From the NCBI RefSeq assembly GCF_006345805.1, contig NC_043024.1, positions 7,192,001-7,256,000 of the forward strand: DNA of 64,000 nucleotides. Reading direction: 5' to 3'. Positions 11,969 through 24,885 of the stretch are shown piece after piece. This stretch comes from Octopus sinensis. Lineage: Eukaryota. The notes under the pieces were generated by a model. It did not search any database. It was not told the origin of the DNA and saw only the letters and a program-made list of their open reading frames with translations. The stretch's first letter is position 1. Every line of letters starts with the position of its first letter. Made by a program: the position numbers and the translations under genes.

Positions 11969-14169
11969 TCCATCCCATACCTTGTCAAATGATACATCAA
12001 ACCACTCCAAAGCAGTGTATCATTTGCCTTTGACTCCACCAACAGAGGGTTTTGGGGCTAAATTTGTAAGTTTGCATAAAAGGGAAAGAAAACAATATCT
12101 CATCCAAAAATGAAAGTATTGTAAAAAATCAAAAAACATTAACTAGATTATAGGTGAGAAAAACAAGTAACTGGCCACAGCTTCCACCAAGGCCTCAAGA
12201 TGGCCCCAGAACCTGCCTCCTTGACCTTGGTCACCAGCTCAGCCTTGGTGTTACAGCATCGCCTTACTGGCATCTGTGCCGGTGGCATGTGTAAAAGATT
12301 CGAGCGAGGTCGTTGCCACTACCGCCTGACTGGCACGTAAAAGCACCCACTACACTCTTGGAGTGGTTGGCGTTAGGAAGGGCATCGAGCTGTAGAAACT
12401 CTGCCAGATCAAGATTGGAGCCTGGTGCAGCCATCTGGTTCGCCAGTCCTCAGTCATTCGTCCAACCCATGCCAGCATGAAAAGCGGACGTTAAATGGTG
12501 GTGGTGGTGACGATGACAACGCCTAGTATGAATCATCACAAACAGTTAAATCATTTCTAATATTCAGATAGCTTCTAGCCTGTCATGTCAGTTGACTTTT
12601 TCTCAATTACAACTTTAATCTTTATGCTCTCCAACGCTGTTGACTGTTCACCAATACATTAAGCTGTTCCTGAAAAAAGAAGACATAAAAAAAGAAATCA
12701 CCAAATTTAGCCCAAACACCCTGTATTCCATCCCATCCCTATTTCTTTACTACCCACAAGGGGCTAAACACAGAGAGGATGAACAAGGACAGACAAACGG
12801 ATTAAGTCGATTGTATCAACCCCAGTGCATAACTGGTACTTATTTAATCGACCCCGAAAGTATGAAAGGCAAAGTCGACCACGGCGGAATTTGAACTCAG
12901 AACGTAACGGCAGACGAAATACGTCTATGCATTTCACCCGGCGTTCTCACGTTTCTGCCAGCTCGCCGCCTTTCCATCCGATACCAAGCAACAGTCAACA
13001 CCACAAAACTCCGAACACACTACTGCATCCCAAGCCACAACACATACACCATACCACACTACTCCATCCCATACAACAGCATATACCACTCCACATCAGG
13101 ATAAAAACAATGACTCAAAAATAACACTTACTGTCTCTATCTTTACTCTTTTACTTGTTTCAGTCATTTGACTGTGGCCATGCTGGAGCACCACCTTTAA
13201 TCGAGCAAATCAACCCCGGGACTTATTCTTTGTAAGCCCAGTACTTATTCTATCAGTCTCTTTTGCTGAACCACTAAGTGACGGGGACGGACGTAAACAC
13301 ACCAGCATCGGTTGTCAAGCAATGCTAGGGGGACAAACACAGTCACACAAACATATACACACACATACACATACATATATATAATAAATAAAACATATGC
13401 ATATATACATACATATATGTATGTACCTACCTCTACATGTATATATACATGCATATATTTGTACAGGACACCAAAAAAACGTCGAACACAATGAGAAACG
13501 AAAACATAAACACAAAACCAAGGAAATGGACATTTTTCTTAAACAACGAAAAAATAGGGTACAGGACATACAACACAAGGAAAATATACATATATATATA
13601 CGACAGGCTTCTTTCAGTTTCCGTCTACCAAATCCACTCACAAGGCATTGGTTGGCCTGAGGCTATAGCAGGAGACACTTGCCCAAGATGCCACGCTGTG
13701 GGACTGAACCCAGAACCATGTAGTTGGTAAGTAAACTACTTACCACACAGCCACTCCTGCGCCTACTTGAATTTTTTTTTTTTTGTTGTCTTTGGTCAGT
13801 AAGTGTTATTTCCTATTTGCTTCTATCTCGAAATCATAGGAAATGACTATTGTTCTCTTCAGACTTTGCCTTTTGTCACTTGGACATCAATGTTTTAAAG
13901 CTGACCTATTTTCCATTACATTTCAAACAGATTCAGTGCAGAGTTGCTGAAACAAATATCGTTATAGCAAATTCTATTGTGTCTGGGGAGAGTCATTTTC
14001 GTTTTGTGTCTTATTATTCTGCACAAAACCAGATTTGCTTGTCAGTTGTTTGACCTTAACCACTTGAGCATGACCTGTACTGGCCAACAATATGTCCATC
14101 TCTGATCATGAGCAGTGGGGGAGCATCATAGCTATGTGGAGAGGGATTCTTGAGAGGGTTTAACCGTTT

Positions 14170-14562
14170 ACTCTTTTACTTGTTTCAGTCATTTGACTGC
14201 GACCATGCTGGAGCACCGCCTTTAGTCGAGCAAATCGACCCCGGGACTTATTCTTTGTAAGCCCGGTACTTATTCTATCGGTCTCTTTTGCCAAACCGCT
14301 AAGTGACGGGGACGTAAACACACCAGCATCGGTTGTCAAGCAATGCTAGGGGGACAAACACAGACACACAAATATACACGCACACACACATATATATATA
14401 TACGACGGGCTTCTTTCAGTTTCCGTCTACCAAATCCACTCACAAGGCCTTGGTCAGCCCGAGGCTATAGTAGAAGACACTTGCCCAAGATGCCACGCAG
14501 TGGGACTGAACCCGGAACCATGTGGTTGGTAAGCAAGCTACTTACCACAGAGCCACTCCTGC
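14170..14562 (-). mobile_element. Family A SINE, near-consensus copy
   Basis: Reverse complement of 50041-50442 over its full length. Confidence 0.85.
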
Positions 14563-15283
14563 ACCTGTTCATATTATTCTGCCAAAATTAATGCTTTTTT
14601 ATCCACAGTGTTTTGAACCAATCATGCATTATCTTGTAGCTATGAGATTTTGATGAGGTTGCTGTTAAATTTTAAAACGATATTGTAGGGTTGGTGTGAG
14701 AGACCAGATCTGGCCAGTTTGAACATAAAACAGGCAGAATACTTTTGGCCGGATATGGCCAGTTTAAATGCCAAAGGGTTAAAAAAATGTAACAAAAGCA
14801 AAGTTTGAAGGAAATATCAACCAGTTTTGATACTTTCTGGGGACAAATAAATAAATAAGAATAACCGTAGCTACTCTAGGACAAAAATCATGTTACACAA
14901 AGAAATATAAAAATACAAGAAAATAAATAAATCTGTATGGTTTTTTTTTTATATATATTTTTCTTTCTTTTCTTGGATTTAAAATTTTTTTTTAAAGTTT
15001 TCCCTTAGTTTATTCTGTCTGGGTATATATATATATATATACACATACATATATATATAGAATTATATACACTCATTCGTACATACATGTATGTATGTAT
15101 GTACAGATATAAGTCTGTTGATTGGTTGAAATCATTGTCTTGGTCACGCCTGAGTCATCACCACCATGCATTATGTTTCTGCATGAATTTATATGTGTGT
15201 AATGTATATATATATATATATATATATATGATAGATAGATATATATATATATATAATATGGATATATATATATGATAGAATAT

Positions 15284-15315
<32 letters not shown>

Positions 15316-15463
15316 ATATATATAATATATATATATGGATATAGATATATATAGAGATATATATATATATATATATATATATTGATATATATATATATAG
15401 ATATATATTAGATAGATATATATATATATGGATATTATATTATAATAGTATATATATAGATGA

Positions 15464-15494
<31 letters not shown>

Positions 15495-15526
15495 ATGGAA
15501 TATATATATATATATTATATATATAT

Positions 15527-15566
<40 letters not shown>

Positions 15567-15891
15567 TAATATAGATATAGATTAGATAGATATATCTATA
15601 TATATATATTATATATATATGGATATATATATAGATAGATAGATAGATATATATGGATATATATTATAGATATATATATATATATATAGATATATATATA
15701 GATATGGGCCATATAATGCACTATAGATATATATATAGATATATATAGATATATATAGTATATATATAGATAGATATATATACATACATATATTATACAA
15801 ACACACAACACACATATATATATATATTGTATGTTTTGTCTATACATATTCATATGTACATGTTTGTGCATGGGAGTCTATATATGTGGCT

Positions 15892-15937
<46 letters not shown>

Positions 15938-15967
15938 GTATATATATGCATATATATATGTGTGTCT

Positions 15968-15999
<32 letters not shown>

Positions 16000-16152
16000 T
16001 ATATATATATTATATATTTGTGTGTGCATGTATAGGTACAAAATTCACAATACAGAGTGTCCTTGGTATCACACCAACCAGGTAATGGCCCTGATTTCCA
16101 GCACAGAGTCTCGACCAAGTCAATGCAATGTGTAATACTTACATACATACAT

Positions 16153-16191
<39 letters not shown>

Positions 16192-17457
16192 TTATTATAA
16201 TAGGCTATTATCTTTAAATAGTCTTATAGAGTTTCTGTGATATTGTGTCTCTCTCTTTCTCTCTGTCTCATGTTTGTGTGCGTGAGTGAATTTCTTCGAA
16301 AGCAGTCATTGAATTTATTCGATTGTTACGCAAGAGTTTCAACACAACCATGCAAGCAATGTACATCTGCTATCCTTCTGGCAATATGGTAAGAGACGGC
16401 AGCCAGTCTTTCTAGGGTCACTTCCTGCAACGTGTTCACTGATTTTGATCAAGAAACAAGACAAAAAAAAAAAAAAACAACAAAAAATTCCATGCCTCTG
16501 ACTTTTTGTCTGGAAATTCAAAGACTGGCTGACTGACTGACATTACCCTCCAATATTCATGGAACATAGATGATAGAGCCAAACCAAACTCTTGTAGAAC
16601 ATAGAAGCGTAGACTTTGCTTATCAGAGAAGTTCAATATTTCTGAAGTTATTCTGTGTAATACAGAGATCAGAAAACCTGTCCAATTGCCACCACCAGCA
16701 GAAATTTCTCTTGGAAAATTTCCCCATTTCCTCAACGTCCGATCTTCACATTTCATAGAAACCAGCTCTATCTTTGATCTTCACTCTTTTACTCATTTCA
16801 GTAATCGGACTGCCGCCATCCACGGACACTGCCTTGAAATGTTTAGTTGAACAAATCAGCCACAGTACTGTTTTTTTTTTTTTTTTTAAAGTCCGGTACT
16901 CATTTTATCAGTCTCTTTTGTCAAACCACTAAGTTACAGGGATACATAAGCCAATACCAGTTGACATGGTGGAGGGGGAGGAAGACAGACATGCACAAAG
17001 ACACACACACACACATTTATATATACATAGGACAAGCTTTCACACAATTTGTATCTACAAAACTCACCCACAAGATATTGGTTGACCTGGGGCAATAGTG
17101 GAAGATGCTCGCGCAAGGTGACACACATTGGGACTGAACCCAAAACCACGGGGCTGCAAAGTAAGCCACTTATCCACACAACCATGACTGCACACCCCCT
17201 CTAAAACAGTATTTTAAAAAATCAATAAATAAAAAGTGAATCGGACTAAATTTGTCAAAAATCAGTCATGCAGAGTAGTTGCTCTTCACAAGAACAACAA
17301 CCCCAAGTTGCCACCTACTATAATATAATAGACAGAGGTTCACGAACTAGGGCACAACAGACCCCGGTTTAGTCACATGACCAGCCTTAACCAATGGGAA
17401 CAATGGGCCATATAATGCATTATAATCTTTTTCACTATCTTCCGTAATATTATCTAA

Positions 17458-17776
17458 CAGTGTTTCTCAACTGAGGCCTATATAAAATTTGGGGGGGGGG
17501 GGTCCACGCAACAAAACAGTAAATTATTATTAGTAGTAAATAATTAGGGATCCACAAAGGGTCTCTGGAAAAAAACTTCCGTTCAAGATGTATGTATTGG
17601 TATGTATTGCAAGGAACTGCTAGGTTTCATTCTTTAGCATTTTACATAGTTCGACCGACACAGAGTTCATGTGTGAAAAACAAAATAGGAATTTTAAAAG
17701 AAGTATCTATAAGGGTCCACCAGAACAATACAGCAATCAAAGGGGACCATAGATAAAAATTGGTTAAGAACCCCTG
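17458..17776. mobile_element. hAT-like MITE
   Basis: CAGTGTTTCTCAAC...GTTAAGAACCCCTG termini; TSD not recognisable. Similar ends at 25347-25555 and 28455-28535. Confidence 0.5.
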
Positions 17777-17848
17777 CTTTGGAGTGTGGGTCTTTTTCGG
17801 ATAAAACAAAATAGGAATTTTGAAAGACTTTTTCTGTAAAACTAGTTT

Positions 17849-17948
17849 NNNNNNNNNNNNNNNNNNNNNNNNNNNNNNNNNNNNNNNNNNNNNNNNNNNN
17901 NNNNNNNNNNNNNNNNNNNNNNNNNNNNNNNNNNNNNNNNNNNNNNNN
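17849..17948. other. Assembly gap (100 N)
   Basis: Run of exactly 100 N, a placeholder of unknown true length. Confidence 0.99.
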
Positions 17949-18081
17949 GCGTTGGTGGAAGTAACTGATAGGGGAGAGAAAGAGAGTTTTGGGAAGTGAG
18001 GAAGGGGGAAGAAAAAAAAACAAAAAAAAAAAAACTATGATTTGATTCGGGGGGTTAAATGTGACTGTAGCAGGAGTGGTG

Positions 18082-18358
18082 TCACACAGGGGGTGCCTGC
18101 TTCATGCCAGGGAAGCTCGGACTGTCCATGGGTCCGAGAATGTGGTCGGTGGATTCGGACATGTCTGAGTTCTCGGAATCTGTCGCACCCATATCTCGAG
18201 TGTCCCTCACCGGTGTAAAGCTGTACATAGGAGCAGGTTTTCCACTTTGCAAAGGGCTGAGCGGACTCAGCGATGATATACTCAAACTTCGCGGTGGTTG
18301 TATACAGGGTTCAGGGCTGCAGCACTCATCCATACTGCTGTTGGAAGACATTGTAAGG
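18082..18358 (-). CDS. FAM122A: FAM122 last coding exon 9 (fLTMSSNSSMDECCSPEP...GMKQAPPV*)
   Basis: TTCTCTTATTTGCAG acceptor, phase 2. Ser/Pro-rich tail as in FAM122 proteins. TGA at 18082-18084; spliced total 328 aa. Confidence 0.85.
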
Positions 18359-18659
18359 CTGCAAATAAGAGAAAGAGAATAATAATAATAATAATAATAA
18401 TAATAAGCTTATATTCTGAAAGAGAAGCAGGCCTCAGTCTGTTCATCACATTATCTATAAGAGGAAGGGAAAGAGTCAAAATATACATCACAATGTATTT
18501 TCAGAAGAAGGGGAGGAGAAATAGTTATTGTTGAGAGAAATACAGTGTGTGTGTGAAAGATAGATAAACAGATAGATAGATAGACAGAAAGATAGATAGG
18601 TAGGTAGTGTTGCCACCATAGTAACTAACAATTTTTGATTAAAAACACAGGAATTTTAA

Positions 18660-18878
18660 CCCTTTCGTTACTGTATTTATTTTGAGATGCTCTGTGTTTC
18701 TTTCAATTACTTTAAATATAACAAAGAATTTAGTAAAATAACTTAGTTATCATTCAGCTAGTGTTAAGAACATAAATTGTGACTAAGGTTTAGTGGAAGA
18801 TTTTAATTCAAAACTTATGAAAACAAGACATTTGTACTCAGAGCCAGAGCTGGTTTCAGCCAGGTTGATAACGAAGGG
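18660..18878 (+). mobile_element. piggyBac-like MITE in FAM122 intron 8
   Basis: Near-identical to 61914-62133; TTAA-CCC start. Confidence 0.85.
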
Positions 18879-18941
18879 TTTAAGTGAAGATAAGAGTGAA
18901 GATGTGCACAGTAAGCAGTGTATATACATGAATATACTCAC

Positions 18942-19047
18942 AATTTAGGGTGTGTTGCTGTGATATTGCGGACTGGGGATGTTCCAGTGTTGAGTCTTTT
19001 AGGCGGGGTTAAGTAGCAATCGAATTTTTCACCGTCTCCACTTTCAG
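18942..19047 (-). CDS. FAM122A: FAM122 coding exon 8 (sESGDGEKFDCYLTPPKRLNTGTSPVRNITATHPK)
   Basis: TTATTTCAG acceptor, GTGAGT donor, phase 1-2. PKR aligns with human QPKRFFQG. Confidence 0.85.
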
Positions 19048-20233
19048 CTGAAATAACAAACATAGAAATATGAAGACAAATAAACACACCATCATTTACT
19101 AAATATAAAGATAGATTATATATATACTTCTATTCATATATTTGTTTCAGTCATCTTGACTGTGGCCATGCTGGAGCACTGCCTTTAGTTGAACAAATTG
19201 ACCCTAGGACTTATTCCTCATTAGGCATAGTACTTTTTCTATCAGTCTCTTTTGCCGAACCGCTAAGCTATGGGGATGTAAATAAACCAACATCAGTTGT
19301 CAAGCGATGGTGGGGGAGACAAACACACACACACATATATGTATACGACAGGCTTCTTTCAGTTTCCGTCTACCAAATCCACTCACAAGGCTTTGGTCGA
19401 CCCGAGACTATAGTAGAAGACATTTGCCCCAAGGTGACAAGCGGTGGGACTGAACCCGGAACCATGTGGTTGGTAAGCAAGCTACTTACCACAGAGCCAC
19501 TCCTATCACATGACTGATCAGACTATCAAATGCTGTTACATATCGCTGGTCACAAAGTGCTTTGCATCGTTTTAAGCTTCAAAAGATGCCACGCAGCTGG
19601 TTCAGCAGGGAGGCCAATATTCCTCCTTGTTCGAAAAGGGGACTGGAACAACAACAAATGAGTTCTTGAACTCAACACACTGCTTGGTCTGGGAATTGAA
19701 CACACGGTCTAGAGATTGTGAGTGCAACAGCCTAACCACTAGGCCACATGTCTTCAATATATATACTCTTTACTCTTTTACTTGTTTCAGTCATTTGACT
19801 GCAGCCATGCTGGAGCACCACCTTTAGTTGAGCAAATCGACCCCGGGACTTATTCTTTGTAAGCCCAGTACTTATTCTATCGGTCTCTTTTTGCCGAACT
19901 GCTAAGTGACAGGGACATAAACACACCCACCAGCATCGGTTGTCAAGCAATGCTACGGGGACAAACACACACATATATATATACATACACACATATATAC
20001 GACAGGCTTCTTTCAGTTTCCGTCTACCAAATCCACTCACAAGGCATTGGTCGGCCCGAGGCTATAGTAGAAGACATTTGCCCAAGGTGCCACACAGTGG
20101 GACTGAACCCGTAACCATGTGGTTGGTTAGCAAGCTACTTACCACACAGCCACTCCTGCGCCTCATGTGCACATTTTCATTTTTTTTTTGAGGGGATAGA
20201 GGGAAAATACAAAATATTATATACATTACTTAC

Positions 20234-20280
20234 ATTTTCTTTTCCCAAGTGGGCTGTACCTGGCAATTGGACTCATGCTC
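20234..20280 (-). CDS. FAM122A: FAM122 coding exon 7 (rSMSPIARYSPLGKRK)
   Basis: Matches human RRSQSPINCIRPSVLGPLKRK. TTTGTTTCAG acceptor, GTAAGT donor, phase 2-1. Confidence 0.9.
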
Positions 20281-20470
20281 CTGAAACAAAGAACATAAAG
20301 AATTAGGGGCATACATACAGTAATGCCTCGATATACAAGTTAATCTGTTCCCGGAGACCCCTCATATTATCCCCAGTATTTTTTTTAAATGACAAGGTAT
20401 CCATGATCGGGGCTGACAGAAAGCTTAACAATAACAATTGAAATAACGAATTTAAAACCTCGTTACTCAC

Positions 20471-20562
20471 CTCATCAATGTTTTTGTGTTCGGACTGTGC
20501 GTAGGACTTGACAAAAACGCAACATTTTTCACAGGAACTTGCATAGACGGAGAAAAACATTG
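20471..20562 (-). CDS. FAM122A: FAM122 coding exon 6 (QCFSPSMQVPVKNVAFLSSPTHSPNTKTLMr)
   Basis: QCFSPS hallmark (human QCFSPSLQ). CAG acceptor after a CT tract, GTGAGT donor. Confidence 0.93.
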
Positions 20563-20959
20563 CTGTTGAGAGAGGAGAGAGAGAACATTATCATTATCAT
20601 CATCATCATCAACATTATCATCATTATCATTAATTAATGTCTGTTTTCCATGCTGGCATGGGTTGGATGGTTTGACAGGAGCTAGTAAGCTGGAGGACTG
20701 TGCCTAGTTTTGTTGTCTGCTTTGCCATGGTTTCTATTGCTGGATGCCCTTCCTGATGCCAACCGCTTTACAGAGTGCACTGGATGCTTTCTGCATCAGC
20801 CAGCACCAGTGGGGTTACCAAGTAACTCGCATGACAAAATCCTTTCAACTTGGGAAGTGGTTTTGTGCCAGTTGATGAGAAAGAGAGATGGTTGGATGGA
20901 TGGATAGATAGATATACAAGCAGATGGATAGATGGAATAGTGGATTGCTATACCGACAG

Positions 20960-21600
20960 ATGGATGGATGAGGGGAGAGAGAGAGAGAAATGGTTGGATA
21001 GATGGATGGATAGATATACAAGTAGATGGATGGATGGATGGATGGATGGAGAGAGAGAGATGGATAGATGGATGGGTGGATGGATATACAGACAGACGGA
21101 TGGATGGATGGAGAGAGAGAGATGGATAGATGGATGGGTGGATGGATATACAGACAGACGGATGGATGGATGGAGAGAGAGAGATGGATAGATGGATGGG
21201 TGGATGGAAATACAGACAGACGGATGGATGGATGGATGGAGAGAGAGAGATGGATAGATGGATGGGTGGATGGAAATACAGACAGACGGATGGATGGATG
21301 GAGAGAGAGAGATGGATAGATGGATGGGTGGATGGATATACAGACAGACGGATGGATGGATGGAGAGAGAGAGAGATGGATAGATGGATGGATATACAGA
21401 CAGATGGATGGATGGATGGAGAGAGAGATGGATAGATGGATGGGTGGATGGATATACAGACGAATGGATGGATGGATGGATGGATGAGGAGAGAGAGAGA
21501 GAGATGGTTGGATGGATCGATGGATAGATAGATGTACAAGCAGATGGATGGATGGATGGAGAGAGAGATGGATAGATGGATAAATGGAAGAATAGACAGA
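20960..21600 (+). repeat. (GGAT)/(GA) composite minisatellite, ~62-bp unit, in FAM122 intron 5
   Basis: TGGATAGATGGATGGGTGGATGGATATACAGACAGACGG...GAGAGAGA recurs at 21061, 21123 and onward. Confidence 0.85.
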
Positions 21601-21843
21601 GAGAGAAATGGTGGTAGTGGTGGAGATGTGTTGGGACATACCCGTCACAGTTCAAGTGTCACATGTCGAGTGACAAAGTGATTGCAGAGCAATGCAAGAT
21701 AAAGAGTTTTGTTCGAGAACACAACATAATCTCGACTGGTCCAGATTGAAGTTGCGAATGCAACACCCCCAACCACTAGGGCCATGCACCCTCACACTAC
21801 AAGGAAGTACACCTGTAATGACTACAGCAGCAGCAATACTCAC

Positions 21844-21966
21844 CTTGCCAAGCCGTTGTTGTGGTGGCGGTGGAGAAGGTGACCCACATGCCATGGCTGG
21901 CAGTGTAATTATGGACAGGGATTCACTGCAGGATCGTGATCTCCTCTCAGGTAACATGGCTTCCTC
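21844..21966 (-). CDS. FAM122A: FAM122 coding exon 5 (EEAMLPERRSRSCSESLSIITLPAMACGSPSPPPPQQRLGK)
   Basis: Ends in SPSP..LGK like human SPAPSPTRGIGK. 123 nt, phase 0-0, GTGAGT donor. Confidence 0.88.
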
Positions 21967-22144
21967 CTGCCATAAAGAAAAAATAAATAAAAAATAAACA
22001 CGTCTCCACAGGTGGAAGGACAGTAGAAGGGGTTACAAGTCAGTTTGGTTTAGAAGGCAAGAGCGAAATGGTAAAGACAAAAGCAGGAATGGATTGAAAA
22101 ATTGGAAAATTAAAAGCATTGTATAGATTCAGAAATATAGGTGT

Positions 22145-22211
<67 letters not shown>

Positions 22212-22213
<2 letters not shown>

Positions 22214-22737
22214 CAAATTGAGATAGGGGTTGTGAGTGTAACCCTCTATGGGATAACACATATATCCAATATACTGCCAGTAAAGCACCCAACAAAGTTA
22301 ATACATAAATGTTAAGAATTGCGATGCAATTAATTCATTTATTGTATTATATGGGCAAAGGTAAAATGTTTTACCACAAATTAATAATACATTTCTCCAT
22401 TTTCTTATTATGTATATATATATATATATATATACAAGATAAGAAAATGGAGAAATACATCTAAATCAAATATCAATTACCAGATAATACTCAATCACAT
22501 ACTTTATTAAACCACCACATAAGAGACTGTAGGGTTAAATATAAAAAGCAGAACAAATCAGAGTACATAAAGGAATGTACATAAAAAAGTGTACATAAAA
22601 GAGTAATGTTGTATAATAAGTAGAATATATATAAAAGAGAATATAAATACAAGTAAATATAAATATAAGTATAAATTAGATCTTACTGGATATACGTTAT
22701 CCCATAGAGGGTTGCATTTACAACCCCTATCTCAATT

Positions 22738-22741
<4 letters not shown>
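22212..22741. mobile_element. TIR element embedded in (TA)n
   Basis: ~55-bp imperfect inverted ends TACAAATTGAGATAGGGGTTG.../...CAACCCCTATCTCAATTTGTA, with (TA)n on both sides. A solo end lies at 3741-3794. Confidence 0.6.
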
Positions 22742-22775
<34 letters not shown>

Positions 22776-22849
22776 TATAGATATAGGGTAAAGAATTATT
22801 AATTTAATAATTAATACATTTTTACAAACCAAGGACGTTATATAGACCT

Positions 22850-22975
22850 CCTTGACTCAGGTTAGAGAAGGGGTGCGTATTATACACAAGGTTTAGGTTT
22901 TCCAGAGGTACAGCCCACTGAAAATTCCCTGCGTATTATACTCAAGGGTGGATTATACTTGAGGATTTACGGTAG
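22850..22975. mobile_element. pogo/Tigger-like transposon end
   Basis: Ends in ATTATACTTGAGGATTTACGGTA, typical of pogo-type TIRs. Confidence 0.4.
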
Positions 22976-23227
22976 TCCAAGAACTTTTTGATACCACCTC
23001 ATACATCCTCATAACTTAGCAGTTCAGTATAAGATTCAATAGAATAAGTAGCAAATCTTTAACCCTTTAACAATTAGATTATTCTGTCAAATGTTAATGT
23101 TCGTTTATTCATGTTGTTTTGATTTAATCATGAATTGTCTTGTAGCTTCAGGATTTTGATGATGTAACTGTTTATTTTCTAGAATAGCAATTGTAGGGGA
23201 GAAATGAGAAAACAAAAAAAGACTCAC

Positions 23228-23279
23228 CAAAGAAAAGTCTTCCCAAGAATTAGACATAGTAATGGCATTCTGTATTTGT
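23228..23279 (-). CDS. FAM122A: FAM122 coding exon 4 (rQIQNAITMSNSWEDFSL)
   Basis: Matches human EVQTAMQISHSWEESFSL. CAG acceptor, GTGAGT donor. Confidence 0.92.
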
Positions 23280-23893
23280 CTGTGAAGTTTCAAGAAAAGA
23301 AAATTTTAAAATTAGAAAAAAAAATTTAATGGAAAATTACAAGAATAGATACAAGAAAAAAATGTATTTATTTTAATAATTGATTTCATAGATTAGGCTG
23401 AAGGACAGAAAATTTCGGAAGGGAATACAGCGGGGGTCGTTAACTACCTCAACTCTAGTGCTTGGCTGGGACTTGTTCTGCCAATCTAAAAGTTATACAA
23501 ACATTGGTTTCAAATTTTAGTACGAGGCCAACAAGTTCATGGAACGGGATAAGCTGATTACACTGACCTCAGTGCTCGACTGAGGCTTATTTCATTGACA
23601 CCCCTGAAAGAATAAAAAGCGAAGCTGACCTTGCAGAATTTGAACTCAGAACATGAAGACAGATGAAATACCGCTAAGCATTTTCCTCAGCGTGCTAAGG
23701 ATTCTGCCAGCTTGCCACTTTACCAGACCAGCAAGCTTGGAGGAGGGTGTAAGTTGATTACATTAACCCCAGTATTCACCTGGTACTTATTTTATCAAAC
23801 CCATAAGGATGAAAGGCAAAGTCAACCCTGACAGAATTTGAACTGAGAATATAAAAATATATAACGATTCTCCCAGTTCTCTGCCTTAATAAA

Positions 23894-23926
<33 letters not shown>

Positions 23927-24210
23927 CATCATCGCTTAACATCCATTTTCCATGCTAGCATGGGTTGGACGGTTTAACAGGGGTCTGGGAAGCCAGAAGG
24001 TTGCACCAGGCTCCGGTCTGATTTGGCAGTGTTTCTACAGCTGGATGCCCTTCCTAACGCCAACCACTACGTGAGTGTAGTGGGTGCTTTTTTACGTGCC
24101 AGGCGAGGCTGGCAACAACCACAATCGGTTGGTTGCCAAATAATAACAGTAATAATAATAATAATAATAATTATAATAATAATAATAATAATAATTATAA
24201 TAATAATAAT

Positions 24211-24750
24211 GTGTCGATTCTATGGGACTTCCCCGTGAAGACCGATAGGACTATAAAAGCTAATAAACTGGATAGCATTATAAAAGATCAGACAAAAAGG
24301 ATGCGTTTATTAATTGACATGAGTATTCCCTGTGATCACAATATAGCGGCGAAAGAATTTGACAAGATTAGTAAGTATAAAGACCTGCTAATAGAAATTG
24401 AAAAAATGTGGCATCTCAAGGCGACTACAGTACCAGTGATTGTAGGATCTCTAGGAATGATAAGAAAAAGGTACTGAAACCTATTTGAAAATGATTCCAG
24501 GTTTACCATTCCAACAGGAAGTGCAAAAAATCGTATTAACTGGAACGGCTCATGTACTGAGAAGAGCATTATCGCTGTGAAAATAACATCCATCCATGAA
24601 TTTATTTATTTATTAATTTTTAAATACATATTTTATCTGTGAATTTGCACGTGTAATCTGGGAATGCATGCAATGCCCTTCTCTGCCCTAGGTGTACGGA
24701 AAACACTCGGCGAGAAACGGAAGAAAATTTTGAAGAAAGAAGGAAAAAAC
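24211..24750 (+). mobile_element. R4/Dong-type non-LTR retrotransposon 3' end (restriction-like endonuclease) inside a (TAA)n tract
   Basis: ILWDFPVKTDRTIKANKLDSII..LLIDMSIP..KEFDKISKYKDL..EIEKMWHL..VPVIVGSLG. (TAA)n on both sides. Confidence 0.8.
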
Positions 24751-24802
24751 ATAATAATAATAATAACAACAATAATAAAGCTTTATGTAAATAAAGACAA
24801 AC

Positions 24803-24885
24803 CTTTCATGCTCAGTTTCTCGATCAGTGATATGGCTTTCTTCTCTTTTGATTTGGTTTATTCTGTCAGGAATTTTCAGATTTGA
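24803..24885 (-). CDS. FAM122A: FAM122 coding exon 3 (SNLKIPDRINQIKREESHITDRETEHEr)
   Basis: Matches human SRLHQIKQEEGMDLINRETVHER. TTTCTTTATACAG acceptor, GT donor. Confidence 0.92.

Larger units (their letters stand above)
16295..18081 (-). other. Probable FAM122 3' UTR (contains a sense SINE, a hAT-like MITE and the assembly gap)
   Basis: Follows the stop codon; a minus-strand AATAAA lies at about 16314-16319 after unique sequence. The end point is inferred. Confidence 0.35.

Noticed and set aside
12170-12270. Possible Tc1/mariner C-terminal remnant (CNTKAELVTKVKE..HLEALVEAVA on minus)
   Set aside because: Too short and degenerate to annotate with confidence.
16436-16756. 106-aa minus-strand ORF (MKCEDRTLRKWGNF...)
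   Set aside because: No recognisable family or convincing splice context; it lies in the probable FAM122 3' UTR.
17694-18023. ORF spanning the N run
   Set aside because: Artefact of the assembly gap.
20796-21655. SIHP/MDGW repeat ORFs
   Set aside because: (GGAT)n minisatellite inside a FAM122 intron.
21652-21843. Cys-rich extension of the 101-aa ORF beyond FAM122 exon 5
   Set aside because: A consensus GTGAGT donor after ...LGK and the QCFSPS exon downstream show this is intron read-through.
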